Made by a program: the position numbers and the translations under genes
In this document: one piece after another, positions 55,951-64,000 of the stretch
Position numbering within the stretch: the first letter of the stretch is position 1
Layout of the letters: every line of letters begins with the position of its first letter
The notes under the pieces: generated by a model
Databases searched by the model: none
What the model saw: the letters and a program-made list of their open reading frames with translations, nothing else
Told to the model about the DNA's origin: nothing
Assembly (NCBI GenBank): GCA_964449585.1
Contig: CAYUZE010000004.1
Coordinates: 51,063 to 115,062, forward strand
Reading direction: 5' to 3'
Length of the DNA: 64,000 nt
Source of the DNA: an uncultured Gammaproteobacteria bacterium
Lineage (GTDB): Bacteria; Patescibacteriota; Microgenomatia; UBA10105; UBA927

Positions 55951-57388
55951 TTTGGATGTTATAAAGAAACGTTCGGTGGTCGGCGTCGTTGCCCTTACCG
56001 CGCGGACGTTCGTTCTTCAGGTGGTCGCATTTGGTGCGACATTTTTATTGACATTATTTTTAACCCCCGATATCTTCGGTGTTTTTTATGTTGTTTCCGC
56101 GATCATTTCCTTCTTGGGATATTTTTCCGATATCGGCTTAGCCGCGGCACTGGTGCAAAAGAAAGACGAGGTGACCGACGAAGATTTAAATACGACATTC
56201 ATGATCCAACAGGGGTTAGTCGTTACCCTTGTCGTTATTAGTCTTATTTTTTCCCAATTTATCGCGTCGTTTTACCGGCTTGATGCTTCGGGCGTGTGGC
56301 TATTTCGTGCGCTTGCGGTATCGTTTTTTCTTTCGAGCCTTAAGACGATTCCGTCGGTGTTACTGGAGCGAAAATTATCCTTTGACCGCCTGGTGATTCC
56401 GCATATCGTCGAAACGCTGGGTTTTTACGGCGTCGCCGTATTTTTTGCCTGGCGCGGACAGGGGATAACAAGTTTCACCTGGGCGGTATTGGTGCGGGGT
56501 ATTTTGGGACTTATCACCATGTATATCGTCGAACCGTGGTTTCCCCGGTTTGCCGTATCCCGCGTCAGCGCCAAACGCCTTATGAAGTTCGGTATCCCGT
56601 TTCAGATGAATTCATTTTTGGCGCTGTTAAAAGACGATCTTATGACGGTATTTTTGGGGCGGGTGTTACCGTTTGCGGAAGTGGGATATATCGGATGGGC
56701 CAAGAAGTGGGCGGAAGTACCGTTACGGCTTATCATGGATAGCGTCATCCGCGTGACGTTCCCCGCATATTCACGGTTGCAGCACGACAAAAAACTTCTG
56801 GAAAAGGCGATCGATAAAACGATGTTCGGCCTTGCGTCGGCGATTCTACCGCTTTCGACCGGATTGTTGTTTTTTGTGCATCCCATGGTTGGCTTAATTC
56901 CGCGATATGCCAAATGGGAGCCGGCCATCATTTCGTTTTATATTTTCGTCTTTTCGTCGGCAATCGCCGCGCTTTCAACGCCGCTTATGAACGCGTTAAA
57001 TGCCGTAGGCAAAATTCGAACGACCTTATCATTCATGGTGGGGTGGACGATCGGTACCTGGGCGTGCACCCTCCTGTTTATGCAATTTTTCGGGTTTAAC
57101 GGCGTGGCGCTCGCCCTTCTTTTCGTATCATTGTCAATTGTACTTGTGATAAAAACGGCGAAACGAATTGCCGATTTTTCGTTTATCGACAACGTAAAGG
57201 GGCCGATTGTGGCGACCGTTGTGCAGGGGTGCGCCTATTGGCTCCTCCTGGCCGTAACACCCCACACGTATATAAGCCTTGTGGTTCTGGGAATTATCGG
57301 TATGGGGGTGTATGCCGGTGCACTGTTTGTTCTGGAAAAAAATAACATATATGCATTTATCGGTATGATAAGGAGGAGTACCCAATGA
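55937..57388 (+). CDS. wzx: Oligosaccharide flippase (Wzx/PST family)
   Basis: FSDIGLAAALVQK, RVTFPAYSRLQ; 12 or more TMs. Confidence 0.88.
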   Translation: MPDIDLDVIKKRSVVGVVALTARTFVLQVVAFGATFLLTLFLTPDIFGVFYVVSAIISFLGYFSDIGLAAALVQKKDEVTDEDLNTTFMIQQGLVVTLVVISLIFSQFIASFYRLDASGVWLFRALAVSFFLSSLKTIPSVLLERKLSFDRLVIPHIVETLGFYGVAVFFAWRGQGITSFTWAVLVRGILGLITMYIVEPWFPRFAVSRVSAKRLMKFGIPFQMNSFLALLKDDLMTVFLGRVLPFAEVGYIGWAKKWAEVPLRLIMDSVIRVTFPAYSRLQHDKKLLEKAIDKTMFGLASAILPLSTGLLFFVHPMVGLIPRYAKWEPAIISFYIFVFSSAIAALSTPLMNALNAVGKIRTTLSFMVGWTIGTWACTLLFMQFFGFNGVALALLFVSLSIVLVIKTAKRIADFSFIDNVKGPIVATVVQGCAYWLLLAVTPHTYISLVVLGIIGMGVYAGALFVLEKNNIYAFIGMIRRSTQ

Positions 57389-58284
57389 AACTATCCGTCG
57401 TCATCAGCACGTATAATCGTGCAAAGAGTCTGGTACGCACGATCGCTTCCGTCAAAAATTTTGCCGATGAGATTATCGTTGTGGATAACGAATCCTCCGA
57501 TGATACCGCGCAAGTCGCCAAAAAACTCGGGACAAAAATATTTTCACGACCCAATAATCTGATGCTTAACGTGAATAAAAATTTCGGTTTTTCCAAAGCG
57601 GAGGGCGATTGGATTCTTTGCCTCGATGACGATGAAGAGGTAACTCCGGAGCTGTCGGCGGAAATACAGTCGGCAATCCGAACGGATGCTATCGATGGCT
57701 TTTGGATACCGAGAAAAAACATGATTTTCGGGAAATGGATACGACACGGCATATGGTGGCCCGATCTTCAGCTTCGACTTTTCAAAAAAGGTGCCGGAAA
57801 ATATCCTGAAAAACACGTCCATGAATACATAAGCATCGCGGGAAAGTCAGGTACGCTCAAGAGCCCCTATACCCATTATAACTATGACAGTGTCGGCCAA
57901 TACCTCGAAAAAATGCAGAGGGTGTACACGGAAAACGAGGTGAAGAAATACCGTGCGTTGGGATATACGGTGACATGGCAGGATGCCATCCGTTTTCCCG
58001 CCTCGGATTTTATGAAACTCTATTTTGCCCAGGGAGGTTACAAGGACGGTTTGCACGGTTTGGTGCTTGCCATGCTCCAGGCGTTTTACTCCTTTCTTAT
58101 TTTCCTTAAGCTGTGGGAGAAGGAACGGTTTGTCGAAATGGATATACCCCCGGAAACGTCAATTGCCGAATTGAGAAAGACGGGAAAGGAATTATCCTAT
58201 TGGATGACGACCGTACGCATCGGGGAATCCCATACGTTGCTCAGGAAATGGTGGTATAAACTCGTACGAAGATTGAGCCGGTAA
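57385..58284 (+). CDS. GT2 glycosyltransferase
   Basis: VDNESSDDT, LDDDE, WPDLQLRLF, HVHE. Confidence 0.9.
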   Translation: MKLSVVISTYNRAKSLVRTIASVKNFADEIIVVDNESSDDTAQVAKKLGTKIFSRPNNLMLNVNKNFGFSKAEGDWILCLDDDEEVTPELSAEIQSAIRTDAIDGFWIPRKNMIFGKWIRHGIWWPDLQLRLFKKGAGKYPEKHVHEYISIAGKSGTLKSPYTHYNYDSVGQYLEKMQRVYTENEVKKYRALGYTVTWQDAIRFPASDFMKLYFAQGGYKDGLHGLVLAMLQAFYSFLIFLKLWEKERFVEMDIPPETSIAELRKTGKELSYWMTTVRIGESHTLLRKWWYKLVRRLSR

Positions 58285-58286
58285 CC

Positions 58287-59207
58287 ATGAAAAAAGTCGC
58301 CATCGTTATCGTGAACTGGAACGGTTATAAAGACACATCGGTGTGTCTTCGGTCGCTTGCCAAGCTCCGGCGTACCAACGTCGAAGTAGAAACAATTGTC
58401 GTGGATAACGGTTCGACCGATGAATCGGCTGCGATAATCGCCAGGGATTTTCCCGGGGCGGTGCTTTTAAAACTCGACGAGAATCGGGGTTTTACCGGCG
58501 GCAATAACATAGGTATTACGTATGCGATGAAACGGGGAGCGGATTTTGTATGGCTGCTTAATAATGATACGATCGTCGATCCCGAAGCACTTTCGCTTCT
58601 TGACGCTTTTGATACCGATACCGTGGGAATTGCCGGATCAAAAATTTATTTTGCGCCGGGACACGAATATCATAAAACCCGCTACGCCAAAAACGAACGC
58701 GGGCGGGTATTTTGGTACGCAGGCGGACTGGTTGATTGGGATAACCTTTATGCTTCGCATCGCGGCGTTGATGAGGTGGATCATGGGCAATACGATCGTG
58801 CAATAGAAACGCCGTTTGTGACCGGTTGTTCCATGATGATCGCAAGAGCAGTCGTGGAATCCGTGGGGCTTTTGGATGATGCCTATTATCTGTATCTGGA
58901 GGATCTTGATTATTGTCTCCGCGCAAAGCGCGCGGGATTCACGCTTGTCTACCAGCCGACATCGGTTATCTGGCACGTCAACGCCGGCTCGTCGGGTGGT
59001 GCGGGGAATCCCCTCCATGATTATTACATCACTCGTAACCGGTTGCTTCTCGGCATGCGGTATGCCTCAATCCGAACCAAAATTGCCCTGCTTCGTGAAG
59101 GCGTCGCGTTTCTTCACGAGAACAACGAGGAAAAACGAAAAGCGGTTGCTGACTTTTTCTTTCTCAGACGGGGGAAACAATATGAACCGAAAAAAGCAAA
59201 AACTTAG
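58287..59207 (+). CDS. GT2 glycosyltransferase (rhamnosyltransferase-like)
   Basis: VNWNG, NRGFTGGNN, LLNND, YLEDLD. Confidence 0.9.
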   Translation: MKKVAIVIVNWNGYKDTSVCLRSLAKLRRTNVEVETIVVDNGSTDESAAIIARDFPGAVLLKLDENRGFTGGNNIGITYAMKRGADFVWLLNNDTIVDPEALSLLDAFDTDTVGIAGSKIYFAPGHEYHKTRYAKNERGRVFWYAGGLVDWDNLYASHRGVDEVDHGQYDRAIETPFVTGCSMMIARAVVESVGLLDDAYYLYLEDLDYCLRAKRAGFTLVYQPTSVIWHVNAGSSGGAGNPLHDYYITRNRLLLGMRYASIRTKIALLREGVAFLHENNEEKRKAVADFFFLRRGKQYEPKKAKT

Positions 59208-59949
59208 CATTGTTATCATTGCCAGAAACGAAGCGCCGCGTATCGCCGCATGTATCGGTGCGCTTGAAGATGTCGGCGAAATTATCGTTGTCGATAACGG
59301 CTCCCAGGATGATACGACTCGTGTTGCCAAACAGGCGGGAGCGCAAGTTATCCCGGTTACGCAGGAAGGGTTTGCAACCCTCCGCAATCATGCCATGCGA
59401 TATGTGACGGGCGAGTGGGTGTTGTATGTCGATGCCGACGAGATTGTAACCCCGACGCTTCGGAAAGCCATAGCGGATGGCATTGCTCCCCACGCCAAAA
59501 ATGCGGTAGCAGGGTACGAACTCTATCGAAAAAACTACTACCTCGGTCATCCGTGGCCGGGAGGGGAATGGATGCTCCGGCTTTTCCGTGTTGCGGCGTT
59601 TCGCGGTTGGGAGGGCGAACTGCACGAAACGGCACGGGTAGAGGGGGAAGTAAAACGCTTGGAAGGAGAACTGCTGCATGATACGCACCGGACGCTTGAA
59701 GAAATGGTCGATAAAACAAACGAGTGGAGCGAAACGGAGGCAATGTTGCGACTTGTCGCCCATCATCCGCCGATGACCTGGTGGAGAATGCTTCGGGTAA
59801 CGCTCACCGGTTTTTTGCATTCGTACATAACCCTCGGCGGATGGCGTGCCGGTACGGTGGGCTGGATCGAAAGCATATACCAGGGGTTTAGCTTATTTAT
59901 TACGTACGCGAAACTATGGGAGTTGCAGCAAAAAAAGTCACATGAATAA
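59182..59949 (+). CDS. GT2 glycosyltransferase
   Basis: IIARNE, VDNGSQDDT, VDADE, LHE. Confidence 0.88.
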   Translation: MNRKKQKLSIVIIARNEAPRIAACIGALEDVGEIIVVDNGSQDDTTRVAKQAGAQVIPVTQEGFATLRNHAMRYVTGEWVLYVDADEIVTPTLRKAIADGIAPHAKNAVAGYELYRKNYYLGHPWPGGEWMLRLFRVAAFRGWEGELHETARVEGEVKRLEGELLHDTHRTLEEMVDKTNEWSETEAMLRLVAHHPPMTWWRMLRVTLTGFLHSYITLGGWRAGTVGWIESIYQGFSLFITYAKLWELQQKKSHE

Positions 59950-62248
59950 ATTAGCAGTACGATTCTGGCCGATCGGCGTGATTATTTTTCTTACCTGTCT
60001 TTTAGGGGCTCCGCTTACTCGCGGAAATATGCCGTTTCCGGGGACGTATCTTGCCACATTTTTCACCCCCTGGGCAGCAACGTACGCCATGCCCGTCAAA
60101 AATAATGCGATGCCGGACGTGATAACCCAAATCTTCCCATGGAAACGGGTAACCGTGGATTCCTGGAAACAGGGGCAATTGCCACTATGGAATCCGTATA
60201 GTTTTTCGGGAACCAGCCATATCGGTACGTATCAGACGGCAATATTTTCCCCGTTTACTCTTTTGTTTTTACTGCCCGAAAAGATTGCATGGAGTGTCCT
60301 TATCCTTCTGCAACCGCTTCTTGCGGGGATCGGCATGTATTGCTTCCTTTCTCGACGAAGCCTCACCCCGGAAGCCCGGCTCATCGGAAGTATCGCCTTC
60401 ATGTTTTGCGGGTTTATGACCGTCTGGATGGCATACGGAACGCTCGGATACGCCGTGCTTTTTCTTCCGTACGCACTTTTGGGCATAGATATTCTTATCA
60501 TTGACGGTAAGCGCCACGGGGGACTTATTACGGCGGCAGCCCTTGCGCTTTCATTTCTTTCCGGACATTTTCAGATGAGCCTTTACGTTTTGCTGTATGT
60601 CGCCGGGTATCTGGTGTTTCTTTCGTTTGAAAAAAATAATCGAAAACGGTTACCGGTTGCCGTCATCGCACTGTTATTCGGCATACTTCTTGCGGCTCCC
60701 CAAATACTTGCCGGTTTTATGGCATACACGGAGGCGGTGCGCAGTAGTCTGTTTATAAAAGGGGAAGTAATTCCTTGGCGATATTTCCCCACGATACTGG
60801 CTCCTGATTTTTACGGTAATCCCGTAACGAGAAACGATTGGTTCGGGCACTATGCGGAGTGGGCGAGCTATATCGGCGTTGCTCCGCTGTTTTTTGCAAT
60901 CGCAGCGGTCATTGCGCGCCGCACCTATCGTCCTCTCCGCTTTTTTGCGGGCATGGGAATCCTGTCGTTGCTTTTTGCGTATCAAACGCCGCTTGTGGAT
61001 CTGTTGTTTTTCCTTAAAATTCCGGTCTTGTCGACGAGTTCGGCATCACGAATCATCATTCTTGCAAGCTTTTCTCTTGCCGTGCTTTCCGCATACGGTC
61101 TGGATGCCGTACGGGAGCTTTGGGCAAAACGGAACAAAGGAGCAATCATACGAGGGGCTCTCGGAGTGGGCGGACTTTTTATCGTGCTTTGGGGGGTGTT
61201 GCTTGTGGGGCGACCGTTCCCGGCCGATAAACTGGCTATTGCCACACGCAATCTGGTGCTTCCCACGGCACTTGCCTTGCTATGGGTGACGGGATTTGCA
61301 TCCGGTTTAGTGCTTCCCAAAAACATTGGTAGGATACTTCCCTTTCTTTTTGTGATCATAACGGGAATTGATATGTACCGTTATACCGCAAAATGGATGC
61401 CGTTTGATCCGCACACGCTGGTCTACCCCGAGGTTCCCGCGATCACCGCGCTGCAGCGGCTTACGCGACAGGATAATTCGCGTGCCTTCGGCAACATCGG
61501 CAATGAAGTCGGTTCCGCGTTCGGCATTCCGCTTATCGAAGGATACGACGCCGTGTATAGTCATCGGTATGGAAAGCTTATGGGATCGGTAAGCGAAGGA
61601 AAATTTCGTCCGGTGGACCGGTCGGTCGTGGTGTTTGATAAACATGGGAAATACAGTCAGGAAATGTTAAATCTCCTCGGTGTACGGTACTATTTTCATA
61701 AAAAAAGCGACGGAAGACTCCCCTGGGCATATCCCTTTTGGGATCATCCCGGGTATGTACGTGTTTGGGAAGATGATCATTTTGAAATTCTTGAAAATAC
61801 CCAACATTATCCGCGGGTGTTTTTGGCAAACTCGTTTGTCGTCGCAAACGGTGAGCAATCAATCCTCGATACGCTGTATCGGGAAGGCATGGATCGACGA
61901 AACACGTTAGTACTCGAAACCGCCCCTCATATCACTCCGGAAGCGGGGACGGGGAGTGCAACGATACTTTCCTATACGCCGAACGAGGTGGTTATCGGCG
62001 TGGACACTTCAGCACCTACGCTACTTTTTCTTTCCGACACCTACGATACCGGTTGGAAGGCAACGATTGACGGGACCAAAACACCGCTGTATCGGGCTCA
62101 CTATGATTTCCGGGCGGTTGCGGTGCCCGCAGGGCTGCATACCGTGCGTATGCGATACCTGCCGTGGTACGTCGTATGGGGATGTGTGTTAAGCGGATTT
62201 GCTACACTGGGATTGCTCGTCATTTTTTTGAAAAAGAGGAAAACATGA
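59942..62248 (+). CDS. YfhO family GT-C membrane protein
   Basis: PLWNPYSFSG, GHFQ, EGYD, LSDTYDTGWKATIDG. Confidence 0.85.
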   Translation: MNKLAVRFWPIGVIIFLTCLLGAPLTRGNMPFPGTYLATFFTPWAATYAMPVKNNAMPDVITQIFPWKRVTVDSWKQGQLPLWNPYSFSGTSHIGTYQTAIFSPFTLLFLLPEKIAWSVLILLQPLLAGIGMYCFLSRRSLTPEARLIGSIAFMFCGFMTVWMAYGTLGYAVLFLPYALLGIDILIIDGKRHGGLITAAALALSFLSGHFQMSLYVLLYVAGYLVFLSFEKNNRKRLPVAVIALLFGILLAAPQILAGFMAYTEAVRSSLFIKGEVIPWRYFPTILAPDFYGNPVTRNDWFGHYAEWASYIGVAPLFFAIAAVIARRTYRPLRFFAGMGILSLLFAYQTPLVDLLFFLKIPVLSTSSASRIIILASFSLAVLSAYGLDAVRELWAKRNKGAIIRGALGVGGLFIVLWGVLLVGRPFPADKLAIATRNLVLPTALALLWVTGFASGLVLPKNIGRILPFLFVIITGIDMYRYTAKWMPFDPHTLVYPEVPAITALQRLTRQDNSRAFGNIGNEVGSAFGIPLIEGYDAVYSHRYGKLMGSVSEGKFRPVDRSVVVFDKHGKYSQEMLNLLGVRYYFHKKSDGRLPWAYPFWDHPGYVRVWEDDHFEILENTQHYPRVFLANSFVVANGEQSILDTLYREGMDRRNTLVLETAPHITPEAGTGSATILSYTPNEVVIGVDTSAPTLLFLSDTYDTGWKATIDGTKTPLYRAHYDFRAVAVPAGLHTVRMRYLPWYVVWGCVLSGFATLGLLVIFLKKRKT

Positions 62249-63297
62249 AAATCGGTTTTTATAATCCCTATTTTGACGGTTTGGGAGGCGGTGAGCGATA
62301 CACGTTGACGCTTGCCAGTCACTGGGCAAAAAAACATACCGTCTCCCTGTTTTGGGATGACCCCAAGATCATCAGCCAATCGGAAAAACGTTTCGGATTG
62401 GATCTATCAGGCATTCAGGTGGTCCCGAATGTCTTTAAAAACGGCAATATCTTTGAAAAGCTCTGGCAATCGAGAACCTATGATCTTATCTTCTTCCTGA
62501 GTGACGGCAGTATCCCTGGGACGTTGGCGCGGCACAATATATTGCATTTTCAGGTGCCGTTTGCCTCCGTACTTATCGATCCGTGGAAAATGCGACGGTA
62601 CGATGCCGTAGTGTGCAATTCCGAGTTCACCAAAAGCGAGTTGGACGCGCAGATAGGGGAAAAAGCGGTGGTCATCTATCCGCCGGTACAACAGGTACCG
62701 AAGGCGGTAGCCACGAAGCGAAAACAACAGATTCTTTCGGTAGGGAGATTTACCGGTTACTTCCAGGCAAAAAAACAGGAAGTGCTTATCGATGCATTCC
62801 TCGATGGATACCGGAAAGGACTGTTAAAAGGGTGGCAATTGGTGCTTGCCGGCGGGCTTATTCCGTCCGATGAGGGATATTTTGCCAAGCTTGCCGAGAA
62901 AGTGAAAAATACTCCCGTGAAGCTTTGCCCGAACATAACAAACGATGAACTTATCAGTCTGTATCAGACGAGCCAGTTTTACTGGCATGCGGCGGGATTT
63001 GGGGTGAGTGACCCGGTGAATATGGAGCATTTCGGGATCACCACGGCGGAAGCGATGAGCGCGGGAGTCGTCCCGATTGTCTATGCTGCAGGAGGACAGC
63101 TTGAGATTGTCCGCGACGGTATAAGCGGTCGCGTTTGGCATACGCCCGATGAACTCGTGCAGTACACCAAGGCGCTTATTGACGATAAAAAGACACTCGC
63201 CGCGATGGCGCAAAAAGGCATCGAACGGGCGAAGGATTTCGGTGCGGCAGAATTTACGCGTTCGTTCGATGCGCTCATCGCGGGGTGGGAGAAATAA
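62245..63297 (+). CDS. GT4 glycosyltransferase
   Basis: GGGERY, SVGRF, EHFGITTAEAMSAG. Confidence 0.9.
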   Translation: MKIGFYNPYFDGLGGGERYTLTLASHWAKKHTVSLFWDDPKIISQSEKRFGLDLSGIQVVPNVFKNGNIFEKLWQSRTYDLIFFLSDGSIPGTLARHNILHFQVPFASVLIDPWKMRRYDAVVCNSEFTKSELDAQIGEKAVVIYPPVQQVPKAVATKRKQQILSVGRFTGYFQAKKQEVLIDAFLDGYRKGLLKGWQLVLAGGLIPSDEGYFAKLAEKVKNTPVKLCPNITNDELISLYQTSQFYWHAAGFGVSDPVNMEHFGITTAEAMSAGVVPIVYAAGGQLEIVRDGISGRVWHTPDELVQYTKALIDDKKTLAAMAQKGIERAKDFGAAEFTRSFDALIAGWEK

Positions 63298-63300
63298 TTT

Positions 63301-64000
63301 ATGAAGCGTTTTTCTTTTTGGACGGTGATTTTTATACTCATCACGATCACTGCGATATTTTTTTATCCCACGGCTCTTGAAAAAAAACTGCCCGTTCCCA
63401 CGGATACCCTGATAGGTCTCTATCATCCGTGGAGAGACCTGTATGCCGAAACCAATCCGCGCGGCGTTCCGTACAAAAATTTCCTGATTACCGATCCTAT
63501 CCGTCAACAAATTCCCTGGAAAAAGGCGGTTATCGACGCGTGGAAGCAGGGAAAAGTACCGGCACTTAATCCATACTCGTTCGGCGGCGTACCGCTTGAT
63601 GCAAATATTCAGGCAGCCCCGTTTTATCCGTTTAACTTTCTGTTTTTTGTCACCGATTTTGCTTCCGCCTGGGTACTTCTTATTATCATGCAGCCGTTGC
63701 TTGCCCTTCTTTTTATGTATCTGTATCTTTCAAGGCGGAACGTGGGAACGGCGTCGTCATTGTTGGGTGCAACGGCATGGGCGTTCGGCGGATTTTCCAT
63801 AGCATGGCTCACCTGGGGAACCATTATCCACACCGCCCTCTGGATACCGCTTATCCTTTTTTCTATCGATAGGCTCGCTTCGGAAAAGAAAACGCGGATC
63901 TCCTCGGTATTGCTGCTTGTGGTTGCAGGAAGCATGTTGTTGCTGGCGGGGCATATACAGGTTGCACTCTACGGCGGAGTTTTTGCTTTTTGCTATAGCC
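63301..64000 (+). CDS. YfhO family GT-C membrane protein (3' truncated by window edge)
   Basis: MKRFSFW...TDPIRQQIPWK...LNPYSFGG...AGHIQ; paralog of 59942-62248. Confidence 0.8.
   Translation, partial: MKRFSFWTVIFILITITAIFFYPTALEKKLPVPTDTLIGLYHPWRDLYAETNPRGVPYKNFLITDPIRQQIPWKKAVIDAWKQGKVPALNPYSFGGVPLDANIQAAPFYPFNFLFFVTDFASAWVLLIIMQPLLALLFMYLYLSRRNVGTASSLLGATAWAFGGFSIAWLTWGTIIHTALWIPLILFSIDRLASEKKTRISSVLLLVVAGSMLLLAGHIQVALYGGVFAFCYS

Overview
64 kb of chromosomal DNA from a reduced-genome bacterium. Gene content and style suggest Patescibacteria/CPR, probably Microgenomates; this is an inference. Genetic code 11 applies, with TGA used as stop. The left 40 kb holds housekeeping genes (lon, PNP, tRNA-Glu, greA, lysS, rdgB, serS, secA, MacAB-like ABC exporter, hsp20, ruvCAB, fur/ZIP, prfB, ftsEX, tsaECB). 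The right 24 kb is a cell-surface glycosylation cluster (rmlABD, ugd, GT2/GT4, many GT-C/YfhO-like membrane proteins, flippase). No CRISPR array, prophage or transposase was seen. Main signals: (1) a classical ribosome-coupled attenuator with an unannotated Lys-rich leader peptide and 1:2, 2:3 and 3:4 hairpins, upstream of a Lys-depleted AblB-like GNAT, an HDAC-family deacetylase and a LysRS-HD fusion; (2) three copies of an exactly 70-nt covarying hairpin element, each inserted after GTTCG in duplicated tRNA-Glu fragments; (3) two apparently circularly permuted proteins (a DsbA and an M23 peptidase); (4) a Ser T-box with ultrashort Stem I; (5) prfB broken at a non-canonical internal TGA; (6) pervasive leaderless-type promoters. 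All calls were made by eye from the sequence and ORF track; no database searches were run.
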